The notes under the pieces are model-generated. The model was not told the origin of the DNA and did no database searches. It was given only the letters and a program-made list of their open reading frames with translations. Positions 38,105 to 48,875 of a stretch of DNA of 64,000 nt are shown here, piece by piece. Position numbers and translations under genes: made by a program. Position 1 is the first letter of the stretch; every line of letters starts with the position of its first letter. Source of the stretch: an uncultured delta proteobacterium (GTDB lineage: Bacteria; Desulfobacterota; Binatia; UBA9968); the NCBI GenBank assembly GCA_963755715.1, contig CAVWLW010000064.1:64001-128000 (forward strand), written 5' to 3'.

Positions 38105-39184
38105 TTAGCGCAACATCGGAAGAATTTCTTCGCCCCAGAGCTTGATCACTTCGGGAATATCAGGTCCCAGGGGAACGCCGAGAGTAATCTGCCTGAACCC
38201 ATCGCGCGCCGCCAGTGAAAAAAGCTCCGCGATTCGTTCCTTGCACTGGGCCGGCGTGCCGGCGATGATCAGACGATCCACCGCTTCGTCCGGCGTCAGC
38301 GACGCAGCGTAATCGACGCCGCGATTCTCGGCGTACGCCTTTCGCACCTCTTGAATCGCCTGGGGGTCAATGCCTTTCGTCTTGAGGACTTCATCCGGCC
38401 AGCCGGACACGATATGCGAAACGAATCTTTTCGCGTGTTGCCTGGCCGCCTGGCCGTCACGCGATACCGAGGCATTGAGCAGCATGACTTTGCGCAACGG
38501 CTCGGCCAGCGGCGATTGCGCTCGCGCCGTTTCAAGACGCGCCAGCGATGATTCCATGTCGGCGATACCGTAAAGCGTTTGCAGGATCACCCCGTCGAAG
38601 TGGCGCGCGATCAGATCGAGCACCGCGGGCTTGAGGAGACTCGGGCCGTAATAAAGGCGGATCGGCGCCTGAGTCTTGAAGCGGAGCGCATATTGCTCCG
38701 CGTTCATGTGAAAATAAGACGCGAGGACGGGAATCTCGCTGCTCTGGAGCGGCGCACCGGCGAACAACGTCCGTAATGCCGTGGCCAACTCCGCCATGAT
38801 CGTGAGCGGTTTTACCCGTTCCACTTGATGTGTGAGTATCGATCTCGATCCGGGTCCCAAGCCAAGGGAGATTTCCCGCCCGTCCATAAGTTCGGATATC
38901 GTCGCGAAGGCCATCGCCAAATCGACGGGGTTACGAAAATAAGGCACGGTTACGGCGGTGCCGAGCTTCACCGGCAATCGCGCGACAATCGCCGCGGAAC
39001 TCGCCAAGACGCTGCGATATTCCAGATTGTCGTTGGTCCAAACCTGGCTGAATCCGAATTGTCCCATCGTCCGCCAAGCCGTCTCGGCGAGCCCGATCAA
39101 CTCCGGCAGCGAGTAACGATTGAGCACGTGGAGCGGATAGTGAATGCCGATTTCGCCGGTAAATTTCTTTTCTTGTTTTGCCAT
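38105..39184 (-). CDS. LLM class oxidoreductase (Mer-like subgroup)
   Basis: VWTNDNL, LGTAVTVPYFRNP, ELMDGREISLGLGPG and AGTP. Confidence 0.85.
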   Translation of the reverse strand: MAKQEKKFTGEIGIHYPLHVLNRYSLPELIGLAETAWRTMGQFGFSQVWTNDNLEYRSVLASSAAIVARLPVKLGTAVTVPYFRNPVDLAMAFATISELMDGREISLGLGPGSRSILTHQVERVKPLTIMAELATALRTLFAGAPLQSSEIPVLASYFHMNAEQYALRFKTQAPIRLYYGPSLLKPAVLDLIARHFDGVILQTLYGIADMESSLARLETARAQSPLAEPLRKVMLLNASVSRDGQAARQHAKRFVSHIVSGWPDEVLKTKGIDPQAIQEVRKAYAENRGVDYAASLTPDEAVDRLIIAGTPAQCKERIAELFSLAARDGFRQITLGVPLGPDIPEVIKLWGEEILPMLR

Positions 39185-39265
39185 GGCGCTCTCCAACAAA
39201 CAGATTGATTCTACAGGGCGCGTTGGGGATTCATCACTTCGATATGTGACGCGAGCCGCGCAAGC

Positions 39266-40555
39266 CTATTTATGATTGCGCGACTCGGCGATCCAAATAA
39301 AGATCACGGATACGAACGTCAACGCTTGAGCGATCCAAAAAGCCTCATGATAACTACCAGTCCAGTCATGAATGACGCCGCCCAGCCAAGGACCGATGCC
39401 CGCCCCCGCGCCGATAAACAGCGAAATTGCGCCGATGATCGCGCCGAAAGATTTGCCGTGAAATAAATCGGCGGCGATGGTCGGGTACAGCGATTGGCGC
39501 GACGAGAAGCCAACCGCGATAAATGGCGGAAACGCGTAGAACAACCAGCTGCGGCTGACGTCTGTGATCATCATCAAGAGGAAAATGCCCGCCATCAACG
39601 ACGCTGAGCCGAGCAAATAGGACCATTGGCGGCCGATCCGATCGGCCAACAGCCCCATGAAAATCATTGCCGGCGCGGTAAAAAGCCCGATCAGTCCGAG
39701 CCCAAACGCCGCCAGTTCTTTTGAGAATCCCGCGTCGCTCACCGCGGCAACTTGATGAATCAGGACCATGTGCAGCGGAATCGCGCCGGCGAGCACGCCG
39801 ACGGCAAAAGCCCAAAAACGCCAGGTGCGCAGCGTCTCCCTCAAGCTCGGACCGCCGACGCCCGCAGCTTTCGCGTGGGCCGCGGCATCGCGAGTCGCCG
39901 GATCGCCAAAGTCGGGTTTGAGATTCATTTCGTCCGGCCTTTGGCGTTGAAAGAAATAGTTGAGCGGCGCGACCACCATCGCCAATATGCCGGCGAGAAT
40001 GAAAAACGCCGCGCGCCAGCCGTAGGCGGCGATCAACCACTGCGTCCACGGCACGACGAGAAGAATTCCCAAACCGATGCCGGACGCCGCCGTGCCGATC
40101 GCCATGCCGCGTTTACGGATGAACCAGTTGGATAAGAAAGTCGCTTGCGAGGTCATCGGCAGGGCCGCGAAGCCGACGCCCATGAAAACTCCCATGCCGA
40201 TATAAAACGCGACAACGGAGTGGGCAAAACCGCTGATCACGAAGCCGGTTGCCATGATCAGCGCGCCGCCCGGCAGCACGATGCGCGGACCGAGCCGGTC
40301 GAGTAGAATGCCGATCACCGGCGCCGACAGCGTCCACATGACGGATCCGAGCATGAGCGCGCCGGATGCCAGCCCACGGCTCCAGCGAAACTCTTCGATC
40401 ACCGCGACTAAAAATACCGCGAAGGCGTTGCGCGTGCCGAACGCCACCGCGACGGTCAAAAACGCGATGCCGATGACGACCCACGGATAGTAACGCTGCA
40501 GCGCTCGACTTGCGGCAATCTCAGTTTTCACAGCATACAAGGTGTTTTCCCTCAA
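39266..40555 (-). CDS. MFS transporter (OFA/MCT-like)
   Basis: 12 TM; GILLDRLGPR, WFIRKRGMAIG and GLLADRIGR. Confidence 0.9.
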   Translation of the reverse strand: MRENTLYAVKTEIAASRALQRYYPWVVIGIAFLTVAVAFGTRNAFAVFLVAVIEEFRWSRGLASGALMLGSVMWTLSAPVIGILLDRLGPRIVLPGGALIMATGFVISGFAHSVVAFYIGMGVFMGVGFAALPMTSQATFLSNWFIRKRGMAIGTAASGIGLGILLVVPWTQWLIAAYGWRAAFFILAGILAMVVAPLNYFFQRQRPDEMNLKPDFGDPATRDAAAHAKAAGVGGPSLRETLRTWRFWAFAVGVLAGAIPLHMVLIHQVAAVSDAGFSKELAAFGLGLIGLFTAPAMIFMGLLADRIGRQWSYLLGSASLMAGIFLLMMITDVSRSWLFYAFPPFIAVGFSSRQSLYPTIAADLFHGKSFGAIIGAISLFIGAGAGIGPWLGGVIHDWTGSYHEAFWIAQALTFVSVIFIWIAESRNHK

Positions 40556-40603
40556 ATGTCGTCAGACGAAATGCGAATGTGTCGGTCAGTCAATGAGTGA
40601 TTC

Positions 40604-41573
40604 TTACAGATAGCCCTTCTCTTCATAGTATTTCTTTGCCCCCGGATGCAGGGGAATGCCGAGCGGCGCGGCTTCCGTCCCCCGGCAAAGCTTTTTCATA
40701 TCGAGTGGACCCTCGTCATCGACGGGAATAACGCTCTGCCGCAAGTCGATCGCCTGGCAAATTGCGTAAGCGAGGTCGTTGCTGAGCCCGCGATGCGTGA
40801 TCAGCGGCCAGCCGCTGAAATCGATCGTGTTGACGTCCGCTTTGAGCTGTCGGAACTTTGCAGGTGGAATGACGGAGGCTTGATAACCGAGGGCCGACAA
40901 TTGTTTTACAATTTTAGGCTCGATCGGCAAGATTTCGAATCCATGGTCGAGCGCTTCGTCGAGCCAATTATGCAGTCCTTCGTCGAAGATCGCGTTGATC
41001 TTGCCCGTTTTTATCCCGTCCAACCGCTCCGGAGAGGTAGGCCTGGGAGTCTCCTGCACTCTCCCGCCCCAGCTCTTGATCTTGGCAAAGGACAGGCCGT
41101 AAAGCGCAAGAATCTCCGTCACGGTGTAGTAAGTCGTATTGTAAATACCGGAAGGACGGGTCGAAATTCTCAAGGGTATCTTGCGCTCGGCGATTTCGAA
41201 TAGAGATTTGAGCTTCAACTCTTTGGCGACCGCAAAAGCCATTTTGTCCCAGGATGGAAAGGAAGCCAGCGCCCGGAGAGGCAGCTTCTCCTTGTAAAAC
41301 CCTTTTCCCCGATAGGCCATGGTGACGATCGCGGATGGATTGATAAAGGCGACGTCGACCCGCCGTTTTCCGACTTCAATGGGGGCTTTCATGCCGCCCA
41401 TAAGATCGCCGTTGATGCCCATCGTCATTCCGGGAAACTGCTCTTCCCGCGAGCTGGGTTGTATGGAAATCGTTGCGACGTTGCCCATGTGCAGACATCC
41501 GTTGAGTATATAACTCCGCTGCGACCTCGAGCGCCATTTTCGTCCGCATCATCCGCGCATTCATTTTGGCCAT
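40604..41573 (-). CDS. TAXI-family TRAP solute-binding-fold protein without signal peptide (+1 frameshift near 41508)
   Basis: LRALA, PLITHRGLSNDLAYAI and IPLHPGAKKYYEEKG; N-terminus MAKMNARMMRTKMALEVAAEL. Confidence 0.8.
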
Positions 41574-41626
41574 GGAGATTTCCTTTTCTTACTGAGACTG
41601 GATCAGCATCGCTGGCAACGAATCCC

Positions 41627-42707
41627 TTATTGCACGATCGACGGCAATAAATCGCGCGCCAGAACCGTGATCGCTTCCTCATAGTCGGGGCCGAGCTTAG
41701 CCAAGCAAATTTGATCGAAGCCGTACTCTTGCGCGTAAGCGCACATTTCTTCGAGCGGTTTGACGCAGTCGCGCGGCGTGCCGGCAATGAAACCGATGTC
41801 GACCATCGCATCGGAGATCAGCGCCGAGACCTGCTCGATCGTGCCGCCCGCCTCGAAGGCCTGCTTAATTTGAATCACGGTCTCGCGCTCAACCCCTAAA
41901 GCCTGAAACTCTTCGTTCGAGAATCCCATCGCTTCGAGCACGACGAGCATATGGGCGATGTATCGCTTCGGAAAACTTCTCGCCTTTTGGTAATCGCTGG
42001 AGATCGAAATATTGATTTCGCAGACCTTTCGTAACTTCGTTTGGCGACCCGCATCTTTTCTTCCACGCTCGGTTTTTTCCAGCAGTCCGGCGAGCCTGCC
42101 GCTATGCACGAGCGGTTTGAAGAAGCCGCCGATCAGCACACCATCCATCACGCGGCCGGCGATCTCCATAATTCGCGGGCCGTTGCCGCCGCAATAAAAT
42201 AAAATCGGCGACTTCGGAGCAAAGCCCAATTGAATGCTGGAATTCGGGCGCAGGTTGAAGAACTCCGACAGCGACAGGATAGTCGCCGTATCTAACCGTA
42301 TCGCCGCGCAGAAGGCCCTTCATACATTCGACGGTCTCTTTCACCATGGCGATCGGTTTGACCATGTGGATTTGGTTGCCGGCTTGCGCGTAATCGCCGC
42401 GCGCGATACCCACGCTGATCTCACGACCGTCCATCAACTCCGACAGCGACGCGAAAGCATCGGCGGTATCCACTGGATTTCTGAAATACGGCACCAAAAT
42501 CGCAGTGCCGAGCTTGATCGGCACCTTCGACGCGATCGCGGTCAAAAGAACAAAAATATTTCTGTGGCCGAGATTGTCGTTGATCCAAAGCTGTGAAAAC
42601 TTATTGCGCTGAGCGTGCGCCGCGAGCTCGACCCATTGAGGTATGGAATAGTGCTTTGCGAGATGGGTCGTAAACTGTAAACCCACTTCACCCCGGTAAA
42701 CCGCCAT
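41627..42707 (-). CDS. LLM class oxidoreductase (Mer-like); +1 frameshift near 42275
   Basis: Paralog of 38105..39184 (WINDNL, LGTAILVPYFRNP, ELMDGREISVG); second half in ORF 41627..42229. Confidence 0.85.
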
Positions 42708-42807
42708 GCAAGCCTCCGTTTCTCTTATTCAACAGCGAAGGTCGGTGAAGGAACTAAATCTCGTGCCATGCGACCTAGATTAAATGCTCATCGAGCAGAG
42801 ATAGCGC

Positions 42808-43569
42808 TTACGCGCCGACGACGGCGCCGATCTTCTTTAGTTTCAACCTCAGCTCGTAGCGAAACAGGTCGCTTCGGTAGAAGCCCGCGGTCCGCATGAT
42901 CAGGCGTTTTTTGTAGAAATGGTCCCGCTCGACGTAGAGAACGGGAGATCCCTGCGGAATATCGAGATGTGAGGAGACCTCGTCGTCCGACAGCTTTGCT
43001 TCCACGATGTGCTTCACGTCACTGATCTTGATGCGCAAGGAGCTTTCAATAACGGTGGACAGCGGTATGGTTTTCATGCCCTTGATCCGCACTTGAGCGG
43101 CAATTCGTGAAGGCAGGTAGGAAATGACATAGGCAAGCGGCCGGCGGTGCGCCAACCGGATGCGTTCGATTTTCCTGACTCTCTCGCTTACTGCCAAGCC
43201 GAAGTCGCGGCGGAGCTCGAGCGACGGCTCAATGTCTTCCAAGTTAAGCACCTTGAAGCTTGTGCCTTCCGCATCAACCGGCGCCAGATCTTCGGTTTCA
43301 ACCTCGAGCTGAACCGATTTTTTGAGCGGCCCCTTCCAACTGACGAAGGTTCCTTTGCGCCACTCGCGCGTCAACAATTTTTCCTGACATAGCTGCGCCA
43401 GTGCTTGGCGAACGGTGATGACGCTCACGCCAAGCTGACGGGCCAGCTCGATCTCTCCGGGAAGACGATGGCCGTAACCCCACGTTCCGGACAGGATGTC
43501 GTCGCGGATGCGCATCATCACTTTGAAATACAAAGGCACCGGGGAGGCGGTTCGTTTGGCTAGGCGCAT
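42808..43569 (-). CDS. GntR/HutC family transcriptional regulator with UTRA domain
   Basis: PLYF, RLPGEIELARQLGVSVITVRQAL, KGTFV; C-terminal UTRA (GSPVLYVER, YRSDLFRY). Confidence 0.92.
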   Translation of the reverse strand: MRLAKRTASPVPLYFKVMMRIRDDILSGTWGYGHRLPGEIELARQLGVSVITVRQALAQLCQEKLLTREWRKGTFVSWKGPLKKSVQLEVETEDLAPVDAEGTSFKVLNLEDIEPSLELRRDFGLAVSERVRKIERIRLAHRRPLAYVISYLPSRIAAQVRIKGMKTIPLSTVIESSLRIKISDVKHIVEAKLSDDEVSSHLDIPQGSPVLYVERDHFYKKRLIMRTAGFYRSDLFRYELRLKLKKIGAVVGA

Positions 43570-43707
43570 ATTGACTACGTTTATGTTTAGGAGTAGATCA
43601 ACCTCGATAGAATTACAAGCCTTCGCCGACGCCGCTCGATCCACCCAGTGCGATAGAGATCAGCGAAGACTCGGTAGCAATTTCACAAAACGAGCATCGG
43701 AGGTCCC

Positions 43708-44403
43708 ATGGCACAGGCAGCCAAAGCATCACCGTCGCAACCAGCCGCTATAAACCCCACCGTCCAAACGCTGATGAGCGTGATCCAAAAACGCCGCAGC
43801 GTGCGAGTTTACAAAAGCGGCAAAGTTAGCGACGCGCAACTGAGTACGATTCTCGAAGCGGCGCGATGGGCGCCCTCGGGAGCCAACACGCAACCCTGGG
43901 AATTCGTCGTGACGCGGGACCGCAAAAAAATGAAGCGCATCCGCGAGATTTACGATAACGAGTGGCGCCAGAGAAAACGCGAAGATCCCGTCAACTACAA
44001 AGGACTCAAGAAAGATTACGTCGGCGACGTTAGCGTTATCGTGCTCGCTTGCGGCGATCCGAGGACCAAAGCGGTTTACTTAACCACTCGCCAACAAGCA
44101 GACCGCGAGAAACTATTTCAGGCGAGCATGGCCAATGCCGTGCAACAAATGATGCTGGCCGCGGCGAGCATGAATCTCGGCACGGTGTGGGTTTCCGTGC
44201 GCGAAGAGGTGGAGCCGGAGTTAAGAAAACTTTTTCAAGTGCCCGAGCCGCTGCGTCTCTTATGGGTGGTGCCGATCGGCCATGCGCGTAGTTGGCCCAA
44301 GGCCAAGCCGCGGCGAGCTGTTTGGGATTTTGCCCATATGGAAGTTTACGATTCAAAAAAGTTGAGACCGGACTCGGAGATCCGACCTTGGCCGAAAAAC
44401 TGA
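43708..44403 (+). CDS. Nitroreductase family flavoprotein
   Basis: RRSVR, EAARWAPSGANTQPWEFVV, MMLAA.S..LGT.W and PIG. Confidence 0.9.
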   Translation: MAQAAKASPSQPAAINPTVQTLMSVIQKRRSVRVYKSGKVSDAQLSTILEAARWAPSGANTQPWEFVVTRDRKKMKRIREIYDNEWRQRKREDPVNYKGLKKDYVGDVSVIVLACGDPRTKAVYLTTRQQADREKLFQASMANAVQQMMLAAASMNLGTVWVSVREEVEPELRKLFQVPEPLRLLWVVPIGHARSWPKAKPRRAVWDFAHMEVYDSKKLRPDSEIRPWPKN

Positions 44404-44481
44404 TTTGATCGTGATGGGGCGCTCAAATACCGGCCAAATCTTTTTTAGATTTCCACGTCCGGCCGGCATTATTAGTGGCAT

Positions 44482-44500
44482 GATAATCAGCAACATTATC
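44482..44500. promoter_or_regulatory. Fur-box-like palindrome
   Basis: GATAATCAGCAACATTATC, 15/19 identical to GATAATGATAATCATTATC. Confidence 0.35.
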
Positions 44501-44576
44501 GGGCGCTCGTTTCGGAATCAGAACTGATTAAAAAACCAAGTTGAAATTAGTCCGTAAGTCCCCAAAAGGAGGCGTC

Positions 44577-45552
44577 ATGATTCGAACGCGCATTTGCGAT
44601 CTGCTCGGCATCCCCCATCCGATCGTATTGGGCGGCATGGGCAACGCGACCACCGCGCCGCTGGTCGCCGCGGTCTCCAATGCGGGAGGCTTCGGCACAC
44701 TCGGCACCTCCGCCTTCGACGCCTCGACCCTCGATCGCGAGATCGCCTCAATCCACGAGCGCACCGAGAAACCGTTCGGCATCAATCATCTGTTGTTTCA
44801 GATTCAGGAAAATATGTTCGCGGTCACGCTGGCCGCGAGGCCGACGCTTATCGCCTTCGCCTGGGCGCGCAAAGACCAGAATCTGCGCGACTACGTTCAG
44901 CGCGCCCACGACGCGGGATGCAAGGTCATGTACTCGGCCGGCGAAGTTGCCGAAGCTTTGCGCGCCGCTGAAGCGGGCGCCGACGTCTTGGTAGCGCAAG
45001 GGACGGAAGCCGGCGGCCACGTCGGTTGGATGGCGTCGTTGCCGCTCGTACCGATGATGGTCAAAGCCCTCGCGCCCCTGCCGGTGCTTTGCGCCGGCGG
45101 CATCGCCGACGGCCGCGGCCTCGCGGGGGCGCTTGCGCTCGGCGCCGAAGGCGTGTTGCTCGGCACGCGTTTCCTCGCCACCCACGAATCGCCGCTCCAT
45201 GCGAATTTTAAACAAGCGATCGTCGATAGCGACGGCCACGACACCGTGCTGACCGAGATCCCCGATCTCGCCAGCCAACGCGTCTGGCCCGGCGCCATGT
45301 CCCGCGCGCAAGCGCAATAAATTTATCGAACGCTGGGCGGGACGGGAGTGGGCCATCCGTCAAAACGCAACCGAAATCGGCAAAGAGTTAGCCAAAGCGC
45401 GCGCCGCCGGCGATATCGACAACGCCTCGCTCTCTTTCGGCCAAGACGCGGGCCTGATCGACTCGATCAAAAGCGTGAAAGAGGTAATCGAAGAGATCAT
45501 CGCCGAAGCCGAGGCGATCATGAGAGGCCGACTGCAAACGCTTTTGCGATAA
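44577..45552 (+). CDS. Nitronate monooxygenase / FabK-like FMN oxidoreductase (+1 frameshift near 45310)
   Basis: PIVLGGM, AVSNAGGFG, QGTEAGGH, AGGIADGRG and LGTRF; continues RNKFIERW..GQDAGLI. Confidence 0.88.
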
Positions 45553-45697
45553 CGCCCGTTTCGGCGCATCGGCAGCCCGCGCTACAAGAGCCCTACCCGA
45601 GCCTTATGCACCGCGTTCGTGTTTAGTCAATGAACGCGATGACGATGCACGACAGTTTGAGCAAAGTATCTTGAGTGCTTACAGCCCAAGGCTGTGG

Positions 45698-46324
45698 CTA
45701 CGAATTCCGCGGCGGAATCGGCTCCTTATAAACCATATCGACGTCCATCTTTTGATACGCCGCAACGAAACCGCTTTTATATTCGTGGCCGCAATAGTGC
45801 GCCGGCTTGAGCTTGTCCCATATCAGGTAGCCGTTGGCATCAGTGCAGCCCTTGTCGACTGACGCCGCGACGACTCTGCCAACGATCATGACGCGGTGCA
45901 GCCACTGCTTGGTCCATTCGACTTGGCACTCGAAATGACTGTGGCACTCGGCGATGCGCGGCGGTTTGACGACTTTGGAAGCAATCGCCGTCAGCCCGGC
46001 TTTTTCCAATTCGTTGACGCGCGGCGGGAATTCCAAGCCCACGACTCGGACCTTTTCCAGAATCTCGCGCTCGAAGGGCGGCACGTTAACGACGAACTCG
46101 CCGGTGGCAAGAACGTTGTTGCAAGTATCCTTCGTCGCACCGACGGTGAACGCAATAAACACCGGATCGTGGCACACGCGGACGCAAGTGCCAAAGGACG
46201 CCGCGTTGATCCGCCCCTCGCGGTCCGCCGTGGTGATCATGACCAGGCACGCGCTCGGCGCAAAAAGCCGGTCCCAATGCTCGCTCGGCACGTCGATTTT
46301 ATTAGCGGAATCTAACTCGCTCAT
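45698..46324 (-). CDS. Flavin reductase-like FMN-binding split-barrel protein
   Basis: GRINAA, KDTCNNV..TGEFVVN and VKPPRIAEC.SHFEC. Confidence 0.85.
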   Translation of the reverse strand: MSELDSANKIDVPSEHWDRLFAPSACLVMITTADREGRINAASFGTCVRVCHDPVFIAFTVGATKDTCNNVLATGEFVVNVPPFEREILEKVRVVGLEFPPRVNELEKAGLTAIASKVVKPPRIAECHSHFECQVEWTKQWLHRVMIVGRVVAASVDKGCTDANGYLIWDKLKPAHYCGHEYKSGFVAAYQKMDVDMVYKEPIPPRNS

Positions 46325-46760
46325 TTCCTCGCCTCCTTCCTGTTCTCAATGGCATAGCGAAAGGAATCCGCTCCGTCAACGGAAGAGCTCCTGCCTTTGA
46401 AGACTCAAGAAGCGAGGGCCGACATAAATATTTTTCAACATCCAGTTCGGACTTGAATTCCCGTTGGTTGACTGGATCGCCTCTGATACGTTCCCGACGA
46501 AAATTATCATGGAAGTGAGCATGGAAAAGGCCCGTTGTCGCCGCAGGCATGATTTGGCTGGAGGATTTTGCTTTCGAGGTTACGGCGTGCGGTGATATTC
46601 TTGATGACTCGATGGTCCGACGGTGTCAGGATATTTCAGGTCACGTAATGTAATTGGATCATCTAAGAGTAGCAATCAGGGACCGCAACTGAAATCAGCT
46701 GGCGTGGAAAAAAAGCAGGCGAGAAATTTGCCTAACAGCAAGCTACCGGCTTGCGAGTAA

Positions 46761-47612
46761 TCACGGATCGCCGGTGGTGGGGCATGCTGGAGCGGCAATT
46801 TCTTTGAGGAAACCTAAGGTTCGTTCCCTGACATTTGCCCTCGGTAGGAAATGGCCGTGATCCGGGTACAGCACGAGGCGGTGATCCGTTCCGCCCGCCT
46901 TTAGCCAATCCCTAAGCAAAATGGCTTGGCTCACCGGTATTAACTTATCCTGCTCGCCATGAAGGATAAGCGTTGGCGCGCGCCATCTCGATCCCTGACC
47001 AAGAAGGCTGAAGAGCTTGGGATTGGCGTCATGGTTCGGGTTGAGTATCTGCCGCACCCAGAAGCTCGGCGTCTCCCGGTAGAGCTTGTCGAGATCATAC
47101 GCGCCAGAGTAAAGTACCGCCCCGCTTACCCCTTCCACATCGTTTAACATTGCCGCCGCAACAATCGCCCCGCGCGAAACTCCGTAAAAAAATACGCGGC
47201 GTTTATCGACCCATCGAAGTTGCGTGGCGAACGCGAGACCGTCCTTCACGGCCTGGCGGGTGATTTCCTCAATCGATCCTTCAGCAACATCAGTCGAACC
47301 GTAACCCGGCAGCGAAATCGCCACGCTCGCGAAGCAAATCTCACTTGCGAGAGCTTCCGCGGTTGACAGAACCTGTTCGGCGCCTCGACCTCTGATGCTA
47401 TGGCCATGCAGCAGGATGACCAAAGGAAACGGGCCCGCCCCGCGCGGCCGGGCGACATAAGCTTCGATATTGCCCCGAGCGCTTGGGTAAAAGAAGCGGA
47501 CGGTTTGCTCAGCTTCGAGTGCGCCTACCTGCTCATAGGGCACCACTCGAACGCTGTTACAAGCGAAAAGAAACAGCAGGGATAGCGCGATGAGTCCGCT
47601 TTTATATCGCAT
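46761..47612 (-). CDS. Alpha/beta hydrolase lipoprotein (S9/dienelactone hydrolase-like)
   Basis: Lipobox LFAC; LHGH, GVSRG nucleophile elbow, ILHGEQD and GH. Confidence 0.85.
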   Translation of the reverse strand: MRYKSGLIALSLLFLFACNSVRVVPYEQVGALEAEQTVRFFYPSARGNIEAYVARPRGAGPFPLVILLHGHSIRGRGAEQVLSTAEALASEICFASVAISLPGYGSTDVAEGSIEEITRQAVKDGLAFATQLRWVDKRRVFFYGVSRGAIVAAAMLNDVEGVSGAVLYSGAYDLDKLYRETPSFWVRQILNPNHDANPKLFSLLGQGSRWRAPTLILHGEQDKLIPVSQAILLRDWLKAGGTDHRLVLYPDHGHFLPRANVRERTLGFLKEIAAPACPTTGDP

Positions 47613-47837
47613 CCCTGGGAATTAACATTCCCGCCGTGAAATTCAAGCCGCTCGAATCGTCCGTCGTTATGTCAGCGCTTCTAGATTTTAGGCATTCCCT
47701 TGCAGGCTCGACACTTTAAGGAGTCACTCTCGCCGAACGTCGATGTGACTTTTGGGCGATGTTATGAATTTGCGAAGAGAAAGTACGATGGGTCGAAATG
47801 AAAAACGAAGCGCGGCAAATAGCCACCCGTGTCGTCG

Positions 47838-48798
47838 TTATTTTGCTTTGAGAGATGACGATACTTCTTTTACGAAGCGACCAATCGACGATTTTTTCCA
47901 TAGGGACACCAGCGGGAACTTCCGCCATGCTCGCAACATTTTTTAAGCCTCTCTCGGTCGGCAGTCCACTATCAGGCCAGATGTCCCTTAATCTATCATA
48001 GGCTTTTTGCGCCATTTCCAAATTTTCCAGCCCGATGAAATCTTTCAGCAGTGGAACCACCTCGTCGCGGCGCGATTTAGTAAAGGCAATTCCTTTGAGA
48101 GCGCCGGCAAGAACTTTTTTTACTTGATCGGGTTTTTCGCGCAGCAGGTCATTGTTAACGATAATACCAAGGAGCGGGAATTCCAAAATATCTTTAAGAT
48201 AAACAAGCGGCCTAAAGCCGTCCTTCTCGAGGTATATTTCAAGAGGAGTCATCAACATCGCGGCGTCGACATTGCCCGCTTTGAGCCCCGCCAGGCTGGT
48301 TCGCGCGTCTCCTAAACTGGCGGTCCTCACTTCATTCGGATCAATTTTGAACTTGTCCAGGATCATCAGCAATTCGCGATGGACTGTCCCTCCCGGCTGG
48401 CTGATCGCCACCACGCGGCCGCGTAGCTGCCCCGGCGAAGTGATCTCAGGTTTGACGACCAGAACATGATGAGTTTTATCGGTAAATACCATAACGAGTC
48501 GCGCCGGCAGGCCGCGCGCGATCGCCGTCAGCGAAGATCCTGTTTGCGTGATGTAGCCGATCTGCTTTGACGCCAGAGCGGCAAGAGACGTGCGCGCTTG
48601 CATATAAACAGGCAACAACTCGAGACCTTGCTCGCGGAACAGTCCCTTTTTCCAGGCGACGTATAATGGGAACCAAGTTGCTGAGTTTGTCGAAACGCCA
48701 ATGTGGATAGGCGTCAATGTCTGGGCGAGGCCGCCGTGGTTGCCGAGTGAAAAAACAACCACGATGAAGCAACAGATAATATGTTTGGCGTGGCGCAT
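47838..48798 (-). CDS. NMT1/THI5-like ABC substrate-binding protein (+1 frameshift near 47875)
   Basis: GLFREQGLE and LRGRVVAIS; corrected end DWSFVKEVSSSLKAK*. Confidence 0.85.
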
Positions 48799-48875
48799 GG
48801 TGCCGCCGTTTCGACGCAATTCTAAAAACTCGATCCGTGCCAATTGACCCGCGGTGTGAACAGGGTCCAACTCAA

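Noticed and set aside
46302-46760. 82-aa ORF or ncRNA in the AT-richer gap
   Set aside because: No RBS, motif or convincing structure recognised
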